Source of the DNA: Candidatus Omnitrophota bacterium
GTDB lineage: Bacteria; Omnitrophota; Gorgyraeia; Pluralincolimonadales; Pluralincolimonadaceae
Direction of reading: 5' to 3'
DNA: 64,000 bases
NCBI GenBank assembly: GCA_003141835.1
Contig: PLNR01000002.1
Location: forward strand, 14,026 to 78,025
The translations under genes were made by a program, and so were the position numbers. Below are positions 34,916 through 44,796 of the stretch, in pieces; within the stretch, counting starts at the first letter, position 1; the number at the start of each line of letters is the position of its first letter. Under the pieces are notes generated by a model. It was not told the DNA's origin, made no database searches, and saw only the letters and a program-made list of their open reading frames with translations.

Positions 34916-35659
34916 TTACAGGGTCTCTTTAAACCAATTCGAGACCAGCTCTTTCATCCTCTCCGGGTACTCCTCGATAAGCCGTTCTGCGTGAAGGCCT
35001 TTGGGAATTATGGCCAGCTTCTTGTCCTTGGCCGTCGCGGCATCATAAAGTTTTTTTGAATGGTAATCCTTTATGACCCAGTCCCTGTCGCCGTGTATGA
35101 ATAACATGGGCACTTTAATACCGGCGATGCGGTCTATCGGCCTGACCTTAGGCAAAAAGATGCTGCCGGGCCTCACGCCTTTGCCTTCCCACTTGCATTC
35201 TAAATTAGCTTTAAGGTCGGAAAGCATGCCGGGTTCCCAAAAATTATAATCCATCCTCCAAAAACCGGTCGGCGCGCTGACAAGTACCAGGCTTTTTACC
35301 TCCGGCCGCCTGGCCGCGATGATTATCGATATCGCCGCGCCTAACGAAAACCCCATCAGGCCGATCTTTTTATACCCCTGGCTTACCGCATAATCCAGTA
35401 CCGCTTCGAGATCTAACGGCTCTTTCGCCGTCCAGGCGAATTTACCGCCGCTCTCGCCGTGCCCGCGGAAATCGAAGATCATCACGTCATGCGAATCCGC
35501 GACAAGCCCGATCGACAGCCTTATGGCGCTGTTACTCTTGCTGTTGAAAAATCCCGGGCAGATGATAACGAGTGAATCGCGGCCGTTCTTGAAATGCTCG
35601 TAGGCGATTTCCACGCCGTCGACCGTAGTCAGCCTGCCGGATAATACGTGGTTCGTCAT
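34916..35659 (-). CDS. Alpha/beta hydrolase
   Basis: FDFRGHGES, GFSLG, IHGDRD, GLHAE. Confidence 0.9.
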   Translation of the reverse strand: MTNHVLSGRLTTVDGVEIAYEHFKNGRDSLVIICPGFFNSKSNSAIRLSIGLVADSHDVMIFDFRGHGESGGKFAWTAKEPLDLEAVLDYAVSQGYKKIGLMGFSLGAAISIIIAARRPEVKSLVLVSAPTGFWRMDYNFWEPGMLSDLKANLECKWEGKGVRPGSIFLPKVRPIDRIAGIKVPMLFIHGDRDWVIKDYHSKKLYDAATAKDKKLAIIPKGLHAERLIEEYPERMKELVSNWFKETL

Positions 35660-38469
35660 TTGTCTTTACCTACGTTGTACTTATTATAAAGGAACGAGGT
35701 GACCAGGAATATCGCGCCCAGCGCCATGAAGCTTATGATCTTATAAATTACCGCGACATGCGCCATATCAACCAATATGATCCTGGCAAGGGTGAGGCCG
35801 AAGACCGAGAACCCGCCGATCCTGAAGACTTTATCCTTAGCCGCAATTCCTATCGCGAACATCACCGCGCCTTCGGCGCCCAGGGCAAGGCTGATGAAGT
35901 TCCTGCCGACTTCCCTGAAAAGGATGAACGTTGCGACAAAAGCCGCGATGGCGAAAATGAACGGCGGGATGAGCTTCTCGGATTCCGGCGCTTCTTCCAG
36001 GCCCTTGTACATGAAATATAAGGCCGCGAATAACGCCGTTTCGACGCCGAAAACAAGCCAGTTCGCCGTATCGAAACCCCAGTTTGCGTCGATAAATACC
36101 ATCCGGACCGAGACCATCACCAGCAGGACAAGCGAATAGGCGCGGAAATACACGTCCTTTACCGCGCGGCCCGCAAAGAATAACGCGGCCATCTCAAAAG
36201 CCCACGCCAGGCTGAGCCAGCGCAGCGGTACGCAGTCCCAGAGGAAGAGGGTAAGATACGCGGCCCCTAACGCAGAATAAGCCTTGGCCAGCGAATATTC
36301 ACCGGGGAACTCATCCTTTCCCTTGAGGCGCCTGTTAAAATAATCGCATAGGAACATGGCGGCGAGGCCGGCAAACAGGATTATCCTCTTCCATGTTATC
36401 GTGCTCTCGAAAAACGTTACCGTGTAATAAAGATGGTAATCGAATACCATGGCCTTGATGAATATGACGGCGCTTCCTATAAGCGCGATTATGCGGACCG
36501 GCCTTATCTTATAACCCAGGCCCAGGACCAGTAATACCGGCAGCTGCGCCATGACCCAGATGAAATTGTGGCCGTTCTGCGTAAATACCAAGGCGAACGA
36601 GGCGACGGCCAAAAGTATGTACGAGTATATGCGGAAAGCCGTGTCCTTAAGCCAGAACGCAATAAAAGCGAGGATGAAGACCTCCTCAAAGAGCGCCACC
36701 CCGAGCCACTCTTCCGAGGCCACGCTCCACAGGAACGTGGTCAGGTATATTGTTCCGAAAAACGAATAGGCGTTCGTAAGTAATCTTTCTCCTTCGAACC
36801 GCGCACCGTCGTTTATCCTCCTGGCGATGAGGACCGATAAGAACGAGGAGGCAGCCCCGATGAAGAACATGATATCCTTCCACGCGAAGTAATGGCCGAA
36901 GACCGTAACAACCCTGAAAGTGGAGAAGTCTATCGTTACCATCCTCACGAAAACTACGGCCGCCAGTATAAGGCCGAAGACCCTGAAAGACTTCTTGCCG
37001 AAACGCTGGCCTATATAAATTATGCACGGAAGCTCGACCAGCCATATGACCGTCGTGCTTAACGGGAAGGTCCTGAGCGGCACGGCAAATGTGATAAGCG
37101 AAAGCGCTATGAGCGTATTTACGGTGGATAATACCCCGTTCTTCATCCGTGATGAGACGAGGGCCAGCACGGCATATATGACGCCGAGGCCGAGGACGAA
37201 CGGGAACTTGAAGCCGGGATATTGCGCATATATCCTCGAATAAGCCAGCACGAAGAACAGGAGGAAATTGGAAAAGTTCGCTACTGCGAGCTGTTTCTTT
37301 TCATTCTCGTTCTGGTCCTTGATCAAATATATAGATACGGTGAAGACAAGCCAGTAGAGCGCGACAAAACCGTTATCCAGCCAGAACTGGACCTGCCCCA
37401 CGTCCAGGGCCCCTGCCGGGACGAAAGAAGCGTGCACCTGTTTCACTACCCAGAATATATGCGTAAGGTACGTCAGGGCAATGCCGACGAATATCATCCT
37501 GAGCCACCGCATCCTGTAGACGAGCACCATCGATATGACCGCCAGGAAGAGGCAGCTGGCCAGCGTGAAATAATTGATGTCGCCGAGCGTCGCGGTGAAA
37601 TATCCCACGAAAAGAGCCACCGACGAGACCTCCTGCGACTTGTACTTCAGCGTGTGCACCAGTATCGCTACCGCAACCGCCGCAAGCAATACCAGGTCTA
37701 CGAGCTGGCTCTGGATGATCCGGGATGCCTGGAAATGGTACATCGCGTAAGTGGTAAAATACGTTATCGCCCATCCACCACCCAAAAGGCTGCGCCCGTA
37801 ATAAGTGAGCCCTGCTTTCTTTTCCAGTTTGACGCCTAAGACAAGCAAGCCGGCGCCTATGATATAGCCGGTGAGTATTTTCGCGAACGGGCCAAAATAC
37901 TTAAACGTATAACTTATAAGGAAGGTAACGCCCATAGCCAGGACCAGAATGCCGATTTTATTAAGCCAGTATTTACCCATTTTCTGTTCGAGCCCGACGG
38001 ATCTTTCTGGCGGAACTTCTAGAGCAGGATGCGCGATCAATGGGGCGGGTACCGGCGCTGCCGGCGCCTCTTCCGGTTCAGCGGCTCTTTCCGGCTCAAC
38101 AGGCGCTTCCGGAGGCGCTGCAGGTTCTTGGACGGAAGATTCTTTTAGCATATTTTCTAGGGTTTTTATCCGATAGATGAGATCCGAATAGAGAGTCTTG
38201 ATGCGGTCTAGCTCTATTTTTATCTCCTCTAGCGATAGCGGGCTGCCCGTGATCCGGGCCGAAGGCGCTTCGCTTTTATTGGCCTCGACTTTCGGTAATA
38301 ATGAAATAACGAGCAGGGCGACCGGTCCTCCGATGCATCCCAGGAGGATCCACACTATCGCGCTCCTGTTTTTGGCGGTAGCGGCGATGATAGGACAGGC
38401 AATTATCGAAACTACCCACAAAAAAGAGAATAGTTTAAAGATCGTTTCGATCGTATCAAAGTAATACAT
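35656..38469 (-). CDS. DUF2339-like large polytopic membrane protein
   Basis: LEQKMG..WLNKIG, Pro/Ala-rich linker, more than 20 TM segments, C-terminal LVD...Y.IISF..LG..FL..SFLY. Confidence 0.8.
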   Translation of the reverse strand: MYYFDTIETIFKLFSFLWVVSIIACPIIAATAKNRSAIVWILLGCIGGPVALLVISLLPKVEANKSEAPSARITGSPLSLEEIKIELDRIKTLYSDLIYRIKTLENMLKESSVQEPAAPPEAPVEPERAAEPEEAPAAPVPAPLIAHPALEVPPERSVGLEQKMGKYWLNKIGILVLAMGVTFLISYTFKYFGPFAKILTGYIIGAGLLVLGVKLEKKAGLTYYGRSLLGGGWAITYFTTYAMYHFQASRIIQSQLVDLVLLAAVAVAILVHTLKYKSQEVSSVALFVGYFTATLGDINYFTLASCLFLAVISMVLVYRMRWLRMIFVGIALTYLTHIFWVVKQVHASFVPAGALDVGQVQFWLDNGFVALYWLVFTVSIYLIKDQNENEKKQLAVANFSNFLLFFVLAYSRIYAQYPGFKFPFVLGLGVIYAVLALVSSRMKNGVLSTVNTLIALSLITFAVPLRTFPLSTTVIWLVELPCIIYIGQRFGKKSFRVFGLILAAVVFVRMVTIDFSTFRVVTVFGHYFAWKDIMFFIGAASSFLSVLIARRINDGARFEGERLLTNAYSFFGTIYLTTFLWSVASEEWLGVALFEEVFILAFIAFWLKDTAFRIYSYILLAVASFALVFTQNGHNFIWVMAQLPVLLVLGLGYKIRPVRIIALIGSAVIFIKAMVFDYHLYYTVTFFESTITWKRIILFAGLAAMFLCDYFNRRLKGKDEFPGEYSLAKAYSALGAAYLTLFLWDCVPLRWLSLAWAFEMAALFFAGRAVKDVYFRAYSLVLLVMVSVRMVFIDANWGFDTANWLVFGVETALFAALYFMYKGLEEAPESEKLIPPFIFAIAAFVATFILFREVGRNFISLALGAEGAVMFAIGIAAKDKVFRIGGFSVFGLTLARIILVDMAHVAVIYKIISFMALGAIFLVTSFLYNKYNVGKDK

Positions 38470-38914
38470 CTTCGGCCCTCCTTAAGCCCTTTTCGATCCT
38501 GCTTATTATTTCGGTGAGGTCGCCCTTATCCTTTTCATCCAGGAACCATACGAGCTGCTTGAGGTTATCGAAATATTTCTCCTCGACCCTCTTAATGAGA
38601 TCCTTCCCCTTCTGCGTTATGGCGATGTACTTTACCCTGCGGTCGTCGGTACTGCCTTCCCTTTTCACGAGCCCGAGTTTCTCGAGCCTGTCGATAATGC
38701 CGGTAATGTTCGAGCGGGAAACGACGCGATGGCCGCCCAGGTCGCTCTGCGTCAACCTCTTTTCCGAATACTTAAGTATGACCAGGACGTCGTATTGGGC
38801 GGTCGTGACGCCGTATTTGCTGAAAAACCTGTCGCCTGCCTTGACAAGCGCTTCGGAAATACGCACCACTTTCAGCATAGTGTCGTTATTTAGCATGTCC
38901 AGTTCGGTAGCCAT
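38456..38914 (-). CDS. MarR family transcriptional regulator
   Basis: VTTAQY.VL, TQSDL, SRSNIT..IDRLEK.GLV.R, DRR, T.KG. Confidence 0.92.
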   Translation of the reverse strand: MATELDMLNNDTMLKVVRISEALVKAGDRFFSKYGVTTAQYDVLVILKYSEKRLTQSDLGGHRVVSRSNITGIIDRLEKLGLVKREGSTDDRRVKYIAITQKGKDLIKRVEEKYFDNLKQLVWFLDEKDKGDLTEIISRIEKGLRRAEDVLL

Positions 38915-38941
38915 GACCATCTCCTCACATTTGTTATTATG

Positions 38942-38975
38942 ATAATAGTTTATACCATAACTATTATGTTGTCAA
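38942..38975 (-). promoter_or_regulatory. Sigma70 promoter overlapped by a MarR-type palindromic operator
   Basis: TTGACA-17 nt-TAAACT; inverted repeat ATAATAGTT-N8-AACTATTAT (38942-38967) covers the spacer and -10. Confidence 0.8.
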
Positions 38976-39010
38976 GTATATTTTTAAAAAAATTTGGTTA
39001 GTTAAAACGG

Positions 39011-39388
39011 CTACTCTATCTTGTATTCCACCGGGCGGGTAAATGCCTTCTTAAAATCAAAAACGTCCTTAAAGTCTCCTATCGAATCCGCCTCTGTCTT
39101 GGCAAGGAGCTTCACTTCTATGAGGTTAAATACGATATTGCCGAAGTCCCCTGTCTTGGTGATGCCCCAGTGTTCGAGGACGTCTTTGGCCATTGGGCCG
39201 AACTGCTCTACCGCGTAAAGCCGCATCCCGTCGGAAAGCTCCTGCCCGGTCACGTGCCGCGGTTTGTCGAGTTTGGCCACCGTAAAATTAAGCCCCCTGA
39301 GGACGAAGAAATACGCCTCCTCGGGATACCCGGGGTCTTTTTTCGCCAGGTCCTCTATTATCCGGATCAGGTTGAATTCGTCTTTCAT
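39011..39388 (-). CDS. Minf_1886-like hypothetical protein
   Basis: D..Y..EAY.FV, RHVTGQEL, QFGPMA..VL..WGI, DFGNIVFNL. Confidence 0.8.
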   Translation of the reverse strand: MKDEFNLIRIIEDLAKKDPGYPEEAYFFVLRGLNFTVAKLDKPRHVTGQELSDGMRLYAVEQFGPMAKDVLEHWGITKTGDFGNIVFNLIEVKLLAKTEADSIGDFKDVFDFKKAFTRPVEYKIE

Positions 39389-39909
39389 CTCTTGCCCGTA
39401 ACAAGCAGGAGCGCGATTATCGTCTTCGCGTCCTTTATCTTGCCTTCCTTTATATACCTTAACGCGTCCGGGAGCTTGACCACCTTTACTTTTATATCTT
39501 CGTCAAAATCAGCCGCAAGCTTTGAAGGCCTGAGGCCCGTCGCCTTGTAGATATCCACGAATTCATCGGTAACGCCGGGCGAAGGATAAAATATGCTGAT
39601 TTTTTCGAATTTCCCGGCGGCGTAACCTATCTCTTCCCGTATCTCCCTCTTCGCGGCAGAGAGCGGCGCTTCGCCTTTGTGCAGCGTGCCGGCAGGTATC
39701 TCAAGGAGCCTTTCGCCGACAGCGTAACGGAATTGCTCGACCAGCACGACCTTGTCTTTAGTGAGGAACGGGATGATCCCGACCGAGCCGATATGGTGGA
39801 CCACCTCCCACCTCGCCTTGCGGCCCCTTATCAGCCCGTCGCTTACTACGAGCCGGACTATCCTGCCGTCGTAGACGAGCGTCTTCTTCTGGAGTTTGAA
39901 TCTTGCCAT
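39385..39909 (-). CDS. NUDIX hydrolase (ADP-ribose pyrophosphatase-like)
   Basis: QFRY, EIPAG, AAKREIREEIG Nudix box, SPG..DE, DAKT. Confidence 0.9.
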   Translation of the reverse strand: MARFKLQKKTLVYDGRIVRLVVSDGLIRGRKARWEVVHHIGSVGIIPFLTKDKVVLVEQFRYAVGERLLEIPAGTLHKGEAPLSAAKREIREEIGYAAGKFEKISIFYPSPGVTDEFVDIYKATGLRPSKLAADFDEDIKVKVVKLPDALRYIKEGKIKDAKTIIALLLVTGKR

Positions 39910-39955
39910 GGCCGTATTCTACACGTTTATCGGGCAAAAAACAACCCCCGGCAAT

Positions 39956-39992
39956 AAGAAAAGGGGCATCTCACTTTTCAGTAAGATGCCCC
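39956..39992 (-). terminator. Intrinsic terminator of the cold-shock protein gene
   Basis: GGGGCATCT/AGATGCCCC stem followed by TTTTCTT on the minus strand. Confidence 0.75.
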
Positions 39993-40015
39993 CAATTCTT
40001 CTGGTTTCTCTAGGA

Positions 40016-40216
40016 TTAGAGCTTTACTACTTTCGTAGCCTGCTCACCCTTGGGACCTTTTTCGATCTCGAACTCGACTTCCTGTCCCTCGGTTAAAGAT
40101 TTATAACCTTCACCCTGGATCGAGCTGTGATGTACGAATACATCCTTGCCGTTCTCAGGAGTAATGAATCCGTAACCTTTCTGGTCGCTGAACCACTTAA
40201 CTTTACCTTTTGCCAT
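40016..40216 (-). CDS. Cold-shock protein
   Basis: GKVKWF, KGYGFI, DVFVH; strong RBS. Confidence 0.97.
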   Translation of the reverse strand: MAKGKVKWFSDQKGYGFITPENGKDVFVHHSSIQGEGYKSLTEGQEVEFEIEKGPKGEQATKVVKL

Positions 40217-40338
40217 TATTTACTAACCTCCTTTCCTCTTGGATTATAGTAAATAATGACAGAAAAAACCCGCAAGGCTAGAATTATCATCAACCGTTGC
40301 GGTATAGGATTTCTAATCTTTTATTTACTACGGAGTTA

Positions 40339-40366
40339 AGTATAACATATATCCGCTTCTTGTCAA
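40339..40366 (-). promoter_or_regulatory. Cold-shock gene promoter with long 5' UTR
   Basis: TTGACA-16 nt-TATACT with TG extension, about 120 nt upstream of the ATG. Confidence 0.7.
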
Positions 40367-40400
40367 GAATTATTTATGGTTGTTACCAGTATTTATACCT

Positions 40401-40430
40401 TTGACATCTTGGCCATGTATTTTGTATAAT
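40401..40430 (+). promoter_or_regulatory. nuo operon promoter
   Basis: TTGACA-18 nt-TATAAT. Confidence 0.7.
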
Positions 40431-40488
40431 CATACAAGCCAACCATTATCATGGCCAGCAAGACAGTCCAGGAGCCTAAGACCAAATT

Positions 40489-40845
40489 ATGATAGCGGAT
40501 TACGGATACGTAGGGTTATTCCTCCTCTTCGGGATCGCTTTTGTGGCCGGGGCATTTGTCGTATCCTGGTTCCTGCGCCCGCGCGACCCCAATCCCGCCA
40601 AAAAATCATGTTACGAGTGCGGCGAAGTGGTAAAGGGCAGTTCGTGGATACAGTTTAACGTCCGGTACTACCTTATAGCCCTTATATTCGTCGTCTTCGA
40701 CGTCGAAGTCCTCTTCCTCGTGCCCTGGGCGGTCGTCCTCCGCGAGCTGGGGATCGTCGCCTTCGTTGAGATGATTGTCTTCATAGCCATCCTTATGGCC
40801 GGCCTAGCATACGCCTGGAAGAAAGGAGCCCTCGAATGGCAGTGA
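40489..40845 (+). CDS. nuoA: NADH-quinone oxidoreductase subunit A
   Basis: YECG, FDVE..FL.PWA, KGALEW. Confidence 0.95.
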   Translation: MIADYGYVGLFLLFGIAFVAGAFVVSWFLRPRDPNPAKKSCYECGEVVKGSSWIQFNVRYYLIALIFVVFDVEVLFLVPWAVVLRELGIVAFVEMIVFIAILMAGLAYAWKKGALEWQ

Positions 40846-41348
40846 TCGAGAAGATCCCGGCTTCGGGGCTTATCGAGAAGTTCCCGGGCGGCGGGATCAT
40901 CCTAACTACCGGGGAGAGCGTCCTTAAATGGAGCAAGGCCTCCTCGCTCTGGCCGCTTACCTTCGGCCTCGCCTGCTGCGCCATCGAGATGATAAGCACG
41001 GGCGCCCCCAGGTTCGACATAGACAGGTTCGGCGCAGGGGTATTCCGCGCCTCCCCGAGGCAATGCGACGTGATGATCGTTGCCGGGACTATCTGCGTCA
41101 AGATGGGCGATTGCATGAAACGCCTCTACGCTCAGATGCCCGAGCCGAAATACGTCATCGCGATGGGCAATTGCGCTGTCTCAGGCGGGATCTTCTACCA
41201 TGATACCTATTCTGTCGTCAAAGGCACCGAGGCGCTCGGGATACCGGTCGATGTCCATATACCGGGCTGCCCGCCGCGTCCCGAGAATCTCCTCTTCGGC
41301 CTGATGAAACTCCAGGAAAAAATAAGGAACGAAAAACGTGGCAGTTGA
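40836..41348 (+). CDS. nuoB: NADH-quinone oxidoreductase subunit B
   Basis: [26 protein letters not shown]. Confidence 0.95.
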   Translation: MAVIEKIPASGLIEKFPGGGIILTTGESVLKWSKASSLWPLTFGLACCAIEMISTGAPRFDIDRFGAGVFRASPRQCDVMIVAGTICVKMGDCMKRLYAQMPEPKYVIAMGNCAVSGGIFYHDTYSVVKGTEALGIPVDVHIPGCPPRPENLLFGLMKLQEKIRNEKRGS

Positions 41349-41736
41349 CGCTCCCGAAAAACAGGTAGAGATACAAAAAGAAGCCCTGTTGGAGGCGGCG
41401 CGCCGCCTTTTTAGCGAAGGATTCGATAACCTCCATTGCGTTACCGCGGTAGATAAGAACGATAGCATCGAGCTTGTCTACATCTTCTATTCTATGGGCA
41501 GTCGCGCCTGCACGATATTAAAGACACGGCTTGCGCTTAACGACCTTGCCGTAGAGAGCCTGGCAAATATCTGGAGATCAGCAGACTGGCTCGAGCGCGA
41601 AGTATACGACCTCTTCGGAGTGAAATTCCTGAACCACCCGAATTTAAAAAGAATATTAAATCCGGACGATTGGGACGTCCATCCGCTAAGAAAGAGCTTC
41701 GAGAGGCCGGATATCGTAAAGAAGACGAGATATTGA
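41338..41736 (+). CDS. nuoC: NADH-quinone oxidoreductase subunit C
   Basis: [25 protein letters not shown]. Confidence 0.93.
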   Translation: MAVDAPEKQVEIQKEALLEAARRLFSEGFDNLHCVTAVDKNDSIELVYIFYSMGSRACTILKTRLALNDLAVESLANIWRSADWLEREVYDLFGVKFLNHPNLKRILNPDDWDVHPLRKSFERPDIVKKTRY

Positions 41737-41737
41737 T

Positions 41738-42856
41738 ATGGAAGCCGTAAAAGAAAACCTGCAAACCGAAGAATTCTGGGTTAATATGGGCCCGCAGCAT
41801 CCGTCGACGCACGGCGTCCTCTACCTTGAGGTCAAGCTGAGCGGCGAGACTGTCGTCGACCTTATCACCCACATCGGATACCTCCATCGCGGCATGGAGA
41901 AGATCGCCGAGAACCGCACATATACGCAGTTCATACCTTTTACCGACAGGCTGGATTATATCGCCTCTATGGGAAATAACCTCGGCTATGTCCTCGCGGT
42001 CGAAAAATTAATGAAAACTGAAGTTAACGACCGCGCGAAATACATCCGCGTGATAATCGCCGAGCTGCAGAGGGTCGCAAGCCATCTCGTAGGCATCACG
42101 ACCTTCGCGCAGGACCTCGGCGCGTTCGCGACTCCCCTATTTTACGGGTTCCGCGAGCGCGAGAAGATAGTCGAGCTCTTTGACGAGATATGCGGCAACC
42201 GGCTTACCTATAATTACATGAGGATAGGCGGCCTGCAGTTCGACCTTCCGAAAGGCGCGGACGAAAAGATCAGGGCTATAGTCAAATATATGAGGCCGAA
42301 GATAGACGACCTGGAGAGCTTATTCAGCTCGAACGTGATATTTACCGCAAGGACAAAGGGCGTCGGAGTCCTCACTAAAGAAAAAGCAATAAATTACAGT
42401 GTGACCGGCCCGAACCTGCGCGCCTCAGGCGTCAAATGGGACCTGCGCAAGGATGAACCATACCTCTGTTATGACAGGTTCAATTTCGATATCCCGACAG
42501 GCGCCAACGGCGACTCTTGGGACAGGTATAAGGTGAGGATCGAGGAGATGAGGCAAAGTTTGCGCATCGTGGAACAGGCGATAGGCGGCCTGCCGGATGG
42601 CGATCCGACGGTCAAGATAGGCCGTATCATCAAGCCGGAGGCTGGTGCATCATATATGAGAACCGAAGCACCGCGCGGAGAATTAGGCTTCTACATCGTA
42701 AGCGACGGGTCGGCGTATCCTTACCGGATGAAGATCCGCTCCCCTTCTTTTTCAAACCTCGCGGTACTTTCGGAGCTGTCGAAAGGGATAAAGGTCGCCG
42801 ATGTCGTCTGCGTTCTCGGCAGCCTCGATATAGTCATGGGAGACATAGACAGGTGA
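41738..42856 (+). CDS. nuoD: NADH-quinone oxidoreductase subunit D
   Basis: NMGPQHPSTHGV, GYLHRG.EK, RLDY, EAPRGE, GDIDR; no NiFe CxxC motifs. Confidence 0.95.
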   Translation: MEAVKENLQTEEFWVNMGPQHPSTHGVLYLEVKLSGETVVDLITHIGYLHRGMEKIAENRTYTQFIPFTDRLDYIASMGNNLGYVLAVEKLMKTEVNDRAKYIRVIIAELQRVASHLVGITTFAQDLGAFATPLFYGFREREKIVELFDEICGNRLTYNYMRIGGLQFDLPKGADEKIRAIVKYMRPKIDDLESLFSSNVIFTARTKGVGVLTKEKAINYSVTGPNLRASGVKWDLRKDEPYLCYDRFNFDIPTGANGDSWDRYKVRIEEMRQSLRIVEQAIGGLPDGDPTVKIGRIIKPEAGASYMRTEAPRGELGFYIVSDGSAYPYRMKIRSPSFSNLAVLSELSKGIKVADVVCVLGSLDIVMGDIDR

Positions 42857-43830
42857 TGGTCTCTATCCTTACTTTCATAGTCATGATAGTCGTCGGCGCG
42901 GTAGTCCTCGGGTTTATCGCGGTATCGGCGATGTTCCTTATATGGTGGGAGCGGAAGGTATCGGCCCATATCCAGACCAGGTACGGCCCGATGCGAGTGG
43001 GCTGGCATGGCGTGCTCCAGTCGGTAGCGGATGTCGTGAAATTGCTCCTTAAGGAAAATATCACCCCGGAGGGGGTAGATAAGCCGGTCTGGTGGCTTGC
43101 GCCGTTCTTCGCCGTCGTCCCGTCGGTCATGGTCTTCGTCTGCATCCCGTTCGGAAACTTGTTCGGGATCAATTTAATAGCGCGCGACCTGAACATCGGC
43201 ATCCTTTATATAATGGCTCTTACCTCTATCTGCGTCCTGGGGATATTCATGGCCGGATGGGGCTCGAATAACAAATATTCGCTGCTCGGCGGCATGCGTT
43301 CGGCCGCGCAGATAGTCAGCTACGAAGTGCCGTTGATAATTTCGATGGTGACCGCGGCCATGTTCGCCGGCACCCTTTCCATGCAGAAGATCGTAGAGGC
43401 GCAAAAGGGAATGTGGTTCGTATTCCAGCCGAATATGGCGCTGGCATTCGTCATATTCGTCATCTCGGCGACGGCGGAGATAAACCGCACGCCGTTCGAT
43501 ATCCCTGAGGCCGAGTCGGAGCTGGTCGCCGGGTTCCATACGGAATATTCCGGGATGAAATTCGCGATGTTCTTCCTCGGAGAATATACGAATCTTTTTA
43601 TTGTATCCGCGTTAGCGGCGACATTATTCTTAGGCGGCTGGCAGGGGCCGTTCTTGTCGCCGGTATTATGGTTTTTGATAAAGACGTACGGCATCATAAC
43701 CGTGCTGATGTGGGTGAGGTGGACTTTCCCGAGGGTGCGCGTAGACCAGTTGATGGGCTTCGCCTGGAAAGTTCTCACGCCGATAGCGTTCGCGAACCTC
43801 GTTGTTGCGGGATGGGTACTACTAAGATGA
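42853..43830 (+). CDS. nuoH: NADH-quinone oxidoreductase subunit H
   Basis: ERK, R.GP, AQIVSYE, RTPFDIPEAESELVAG, PRVRVDQ. Confidence 0.95.
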   Translation: MMVSILTFIVMIVVGAVVLGFIAVSAMFLIWWERKVSAHIQTRYGPMRVGWHGVLQSVADVVKLLLKENITPEGVDKPVWWLAPFFAVVPSVMVFVCIPFGNLFGINLIARDLNIGILYIMALTSICVLGIFMAGWGSNNKYSLLGGMRSAAQIVSYEVPLIISMVTAAMFAGTLSMQKIVEAQKGMWFVFQPNMALAFVIFVISATAEINRTPFDIPEAESELVAGFHTEYSGMKFAMFFLGEYTNLFIVSALAATLFLGGWQGPFLSPVLWFLIKTYGIITVLMWVRWTFPRVRVDQLMGFAWKVLTPIAFANLVVAGWVLLR

Positions 43831-44270
43831 TAAGATACTTTAAAGACATAATCACCGGCGCCTGGAGCCTGATAAAGGGACTCTTCGTCACATTCAAGAA
43901 TTTGTTCTCAAAAGCGGTGACCATACAATACCCGACGCAGAAATTACAGATGACCGAGAGGTATCGCGGCCTCGCGGACCTGCGCGTCGAGAAATGCATC
44001 AAATGTTACATGTGCGTCAAGATATGCCCGACCGGATGCCTGTCGCTGGCGCACAAGGAGAACGCCGAGAAGAAAAAGGAGTTCGAGCATTTCAAGTACA
44101 ACATGGAGCTCTGCTGTTTCTGCGGCATGTGCGAACAGGTATGCCCGACGCAGGCGATATATATGAACAAGATATACGAGATAGCGGTATACGACCGCGA
44201 TAAGATAACGCACATAGACCTTTTAAATGCGGGGAAGTATGATGAGTGGGCCCATCCAACTGTTAAATAA
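43827..44270 (+). CDS. nuoI: NADH-quinone oxidoreductase subunit I
   Basis: VTIQYP, RYRG, CIKCYMCVKICP, CCFCGMCEQVCP. Confidence 0.93.
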   Translation: MIRYFKDIITGAWSLIKGLFVTFKNLFSKAVTIQYPTQKLQMTERYRGLADLRVEKCIKCYMCVKICPTGCLSLAHKENAEKKKEFEHFKYNMELCCFCGMCEQVCPTQAIYMNKIYEIAVYDRDKITHIDLLNAGKYDEWAHPTVK

Positions 44271-44796
44271 CCTGCTTAATAATTACGGGATGCCGCAGGG
44301 CTTCATCGTCCAGGCGTCGTTCTATGTAATCGCGGCGTTCGCGGTCATATCCGCGCTCGGCGTCGTGGTTTCGCGTAATATCTTCCATTGCGCCATATTT
44401 CTGGCCCTCTCCCTCTTCTGTGTCGCCGGTATCTATTTATTCCTTAGCGCGGAATTCCTGGCAGTTGTCCAGGTCCTTATATACGTAGGCGCGATAGTGA
44501 CCCTGTTCCTCTTCGCGATAATGCTGACAGCGAACATCGGCGACAGGTCGATCAGGCACACGAACAGGCAGGTCCTGGCAGGCGGCGTGGTCGCGATAAT
44601 AATATCTATCTTCTTCATATTCGTGATAATAGGCGAGCCGTGGAAGAAAGCGCTCGTACAGGCCCGGCCGTTGACCCTCCAGGAGATCGGCAAGTCGCTC
44701 ATGTCGGCGTACGCGTTGCCGTTCGAGGTCATATCGCTTATCCTGCTAGCCGCCCTCGTCGGGGCGATAGTGATAGGAAAGGTGAGGAAAGAATGA
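44242..44796 (+). CDS. nuoJ: NADH-quinone oxidoreductase subunit J (start could be 44290)
   Basis: AEFLA.VQVLIYVGAI, PFEVIS..LL.A.VGA. Confidence 0.9.
   Translation: MSGPIQLLNNLLNNYGMPQGFIVQASFYVIAAFAVISALGVVVSRNIFHCAIFLALSLFCVAGIYLFLSAEFLAVVQVLIYVGAIVTLFLFAIMLTANIGDRSIRHTNRQVLAGGVVAIIISIFFIFVIIGEPWKKALVQARPLTLQEIGKSLMSAYALPFEVISLILLAALVGAIVIGKVRKE

Noticed and set aside
40836-42856. Group 4 NiFe hydrogenase interpretation of the nuoBCD genes
   Set aside because: The large subunit lacks both CxxC nickel-binding motifs and has the complex I quinone-site motifs
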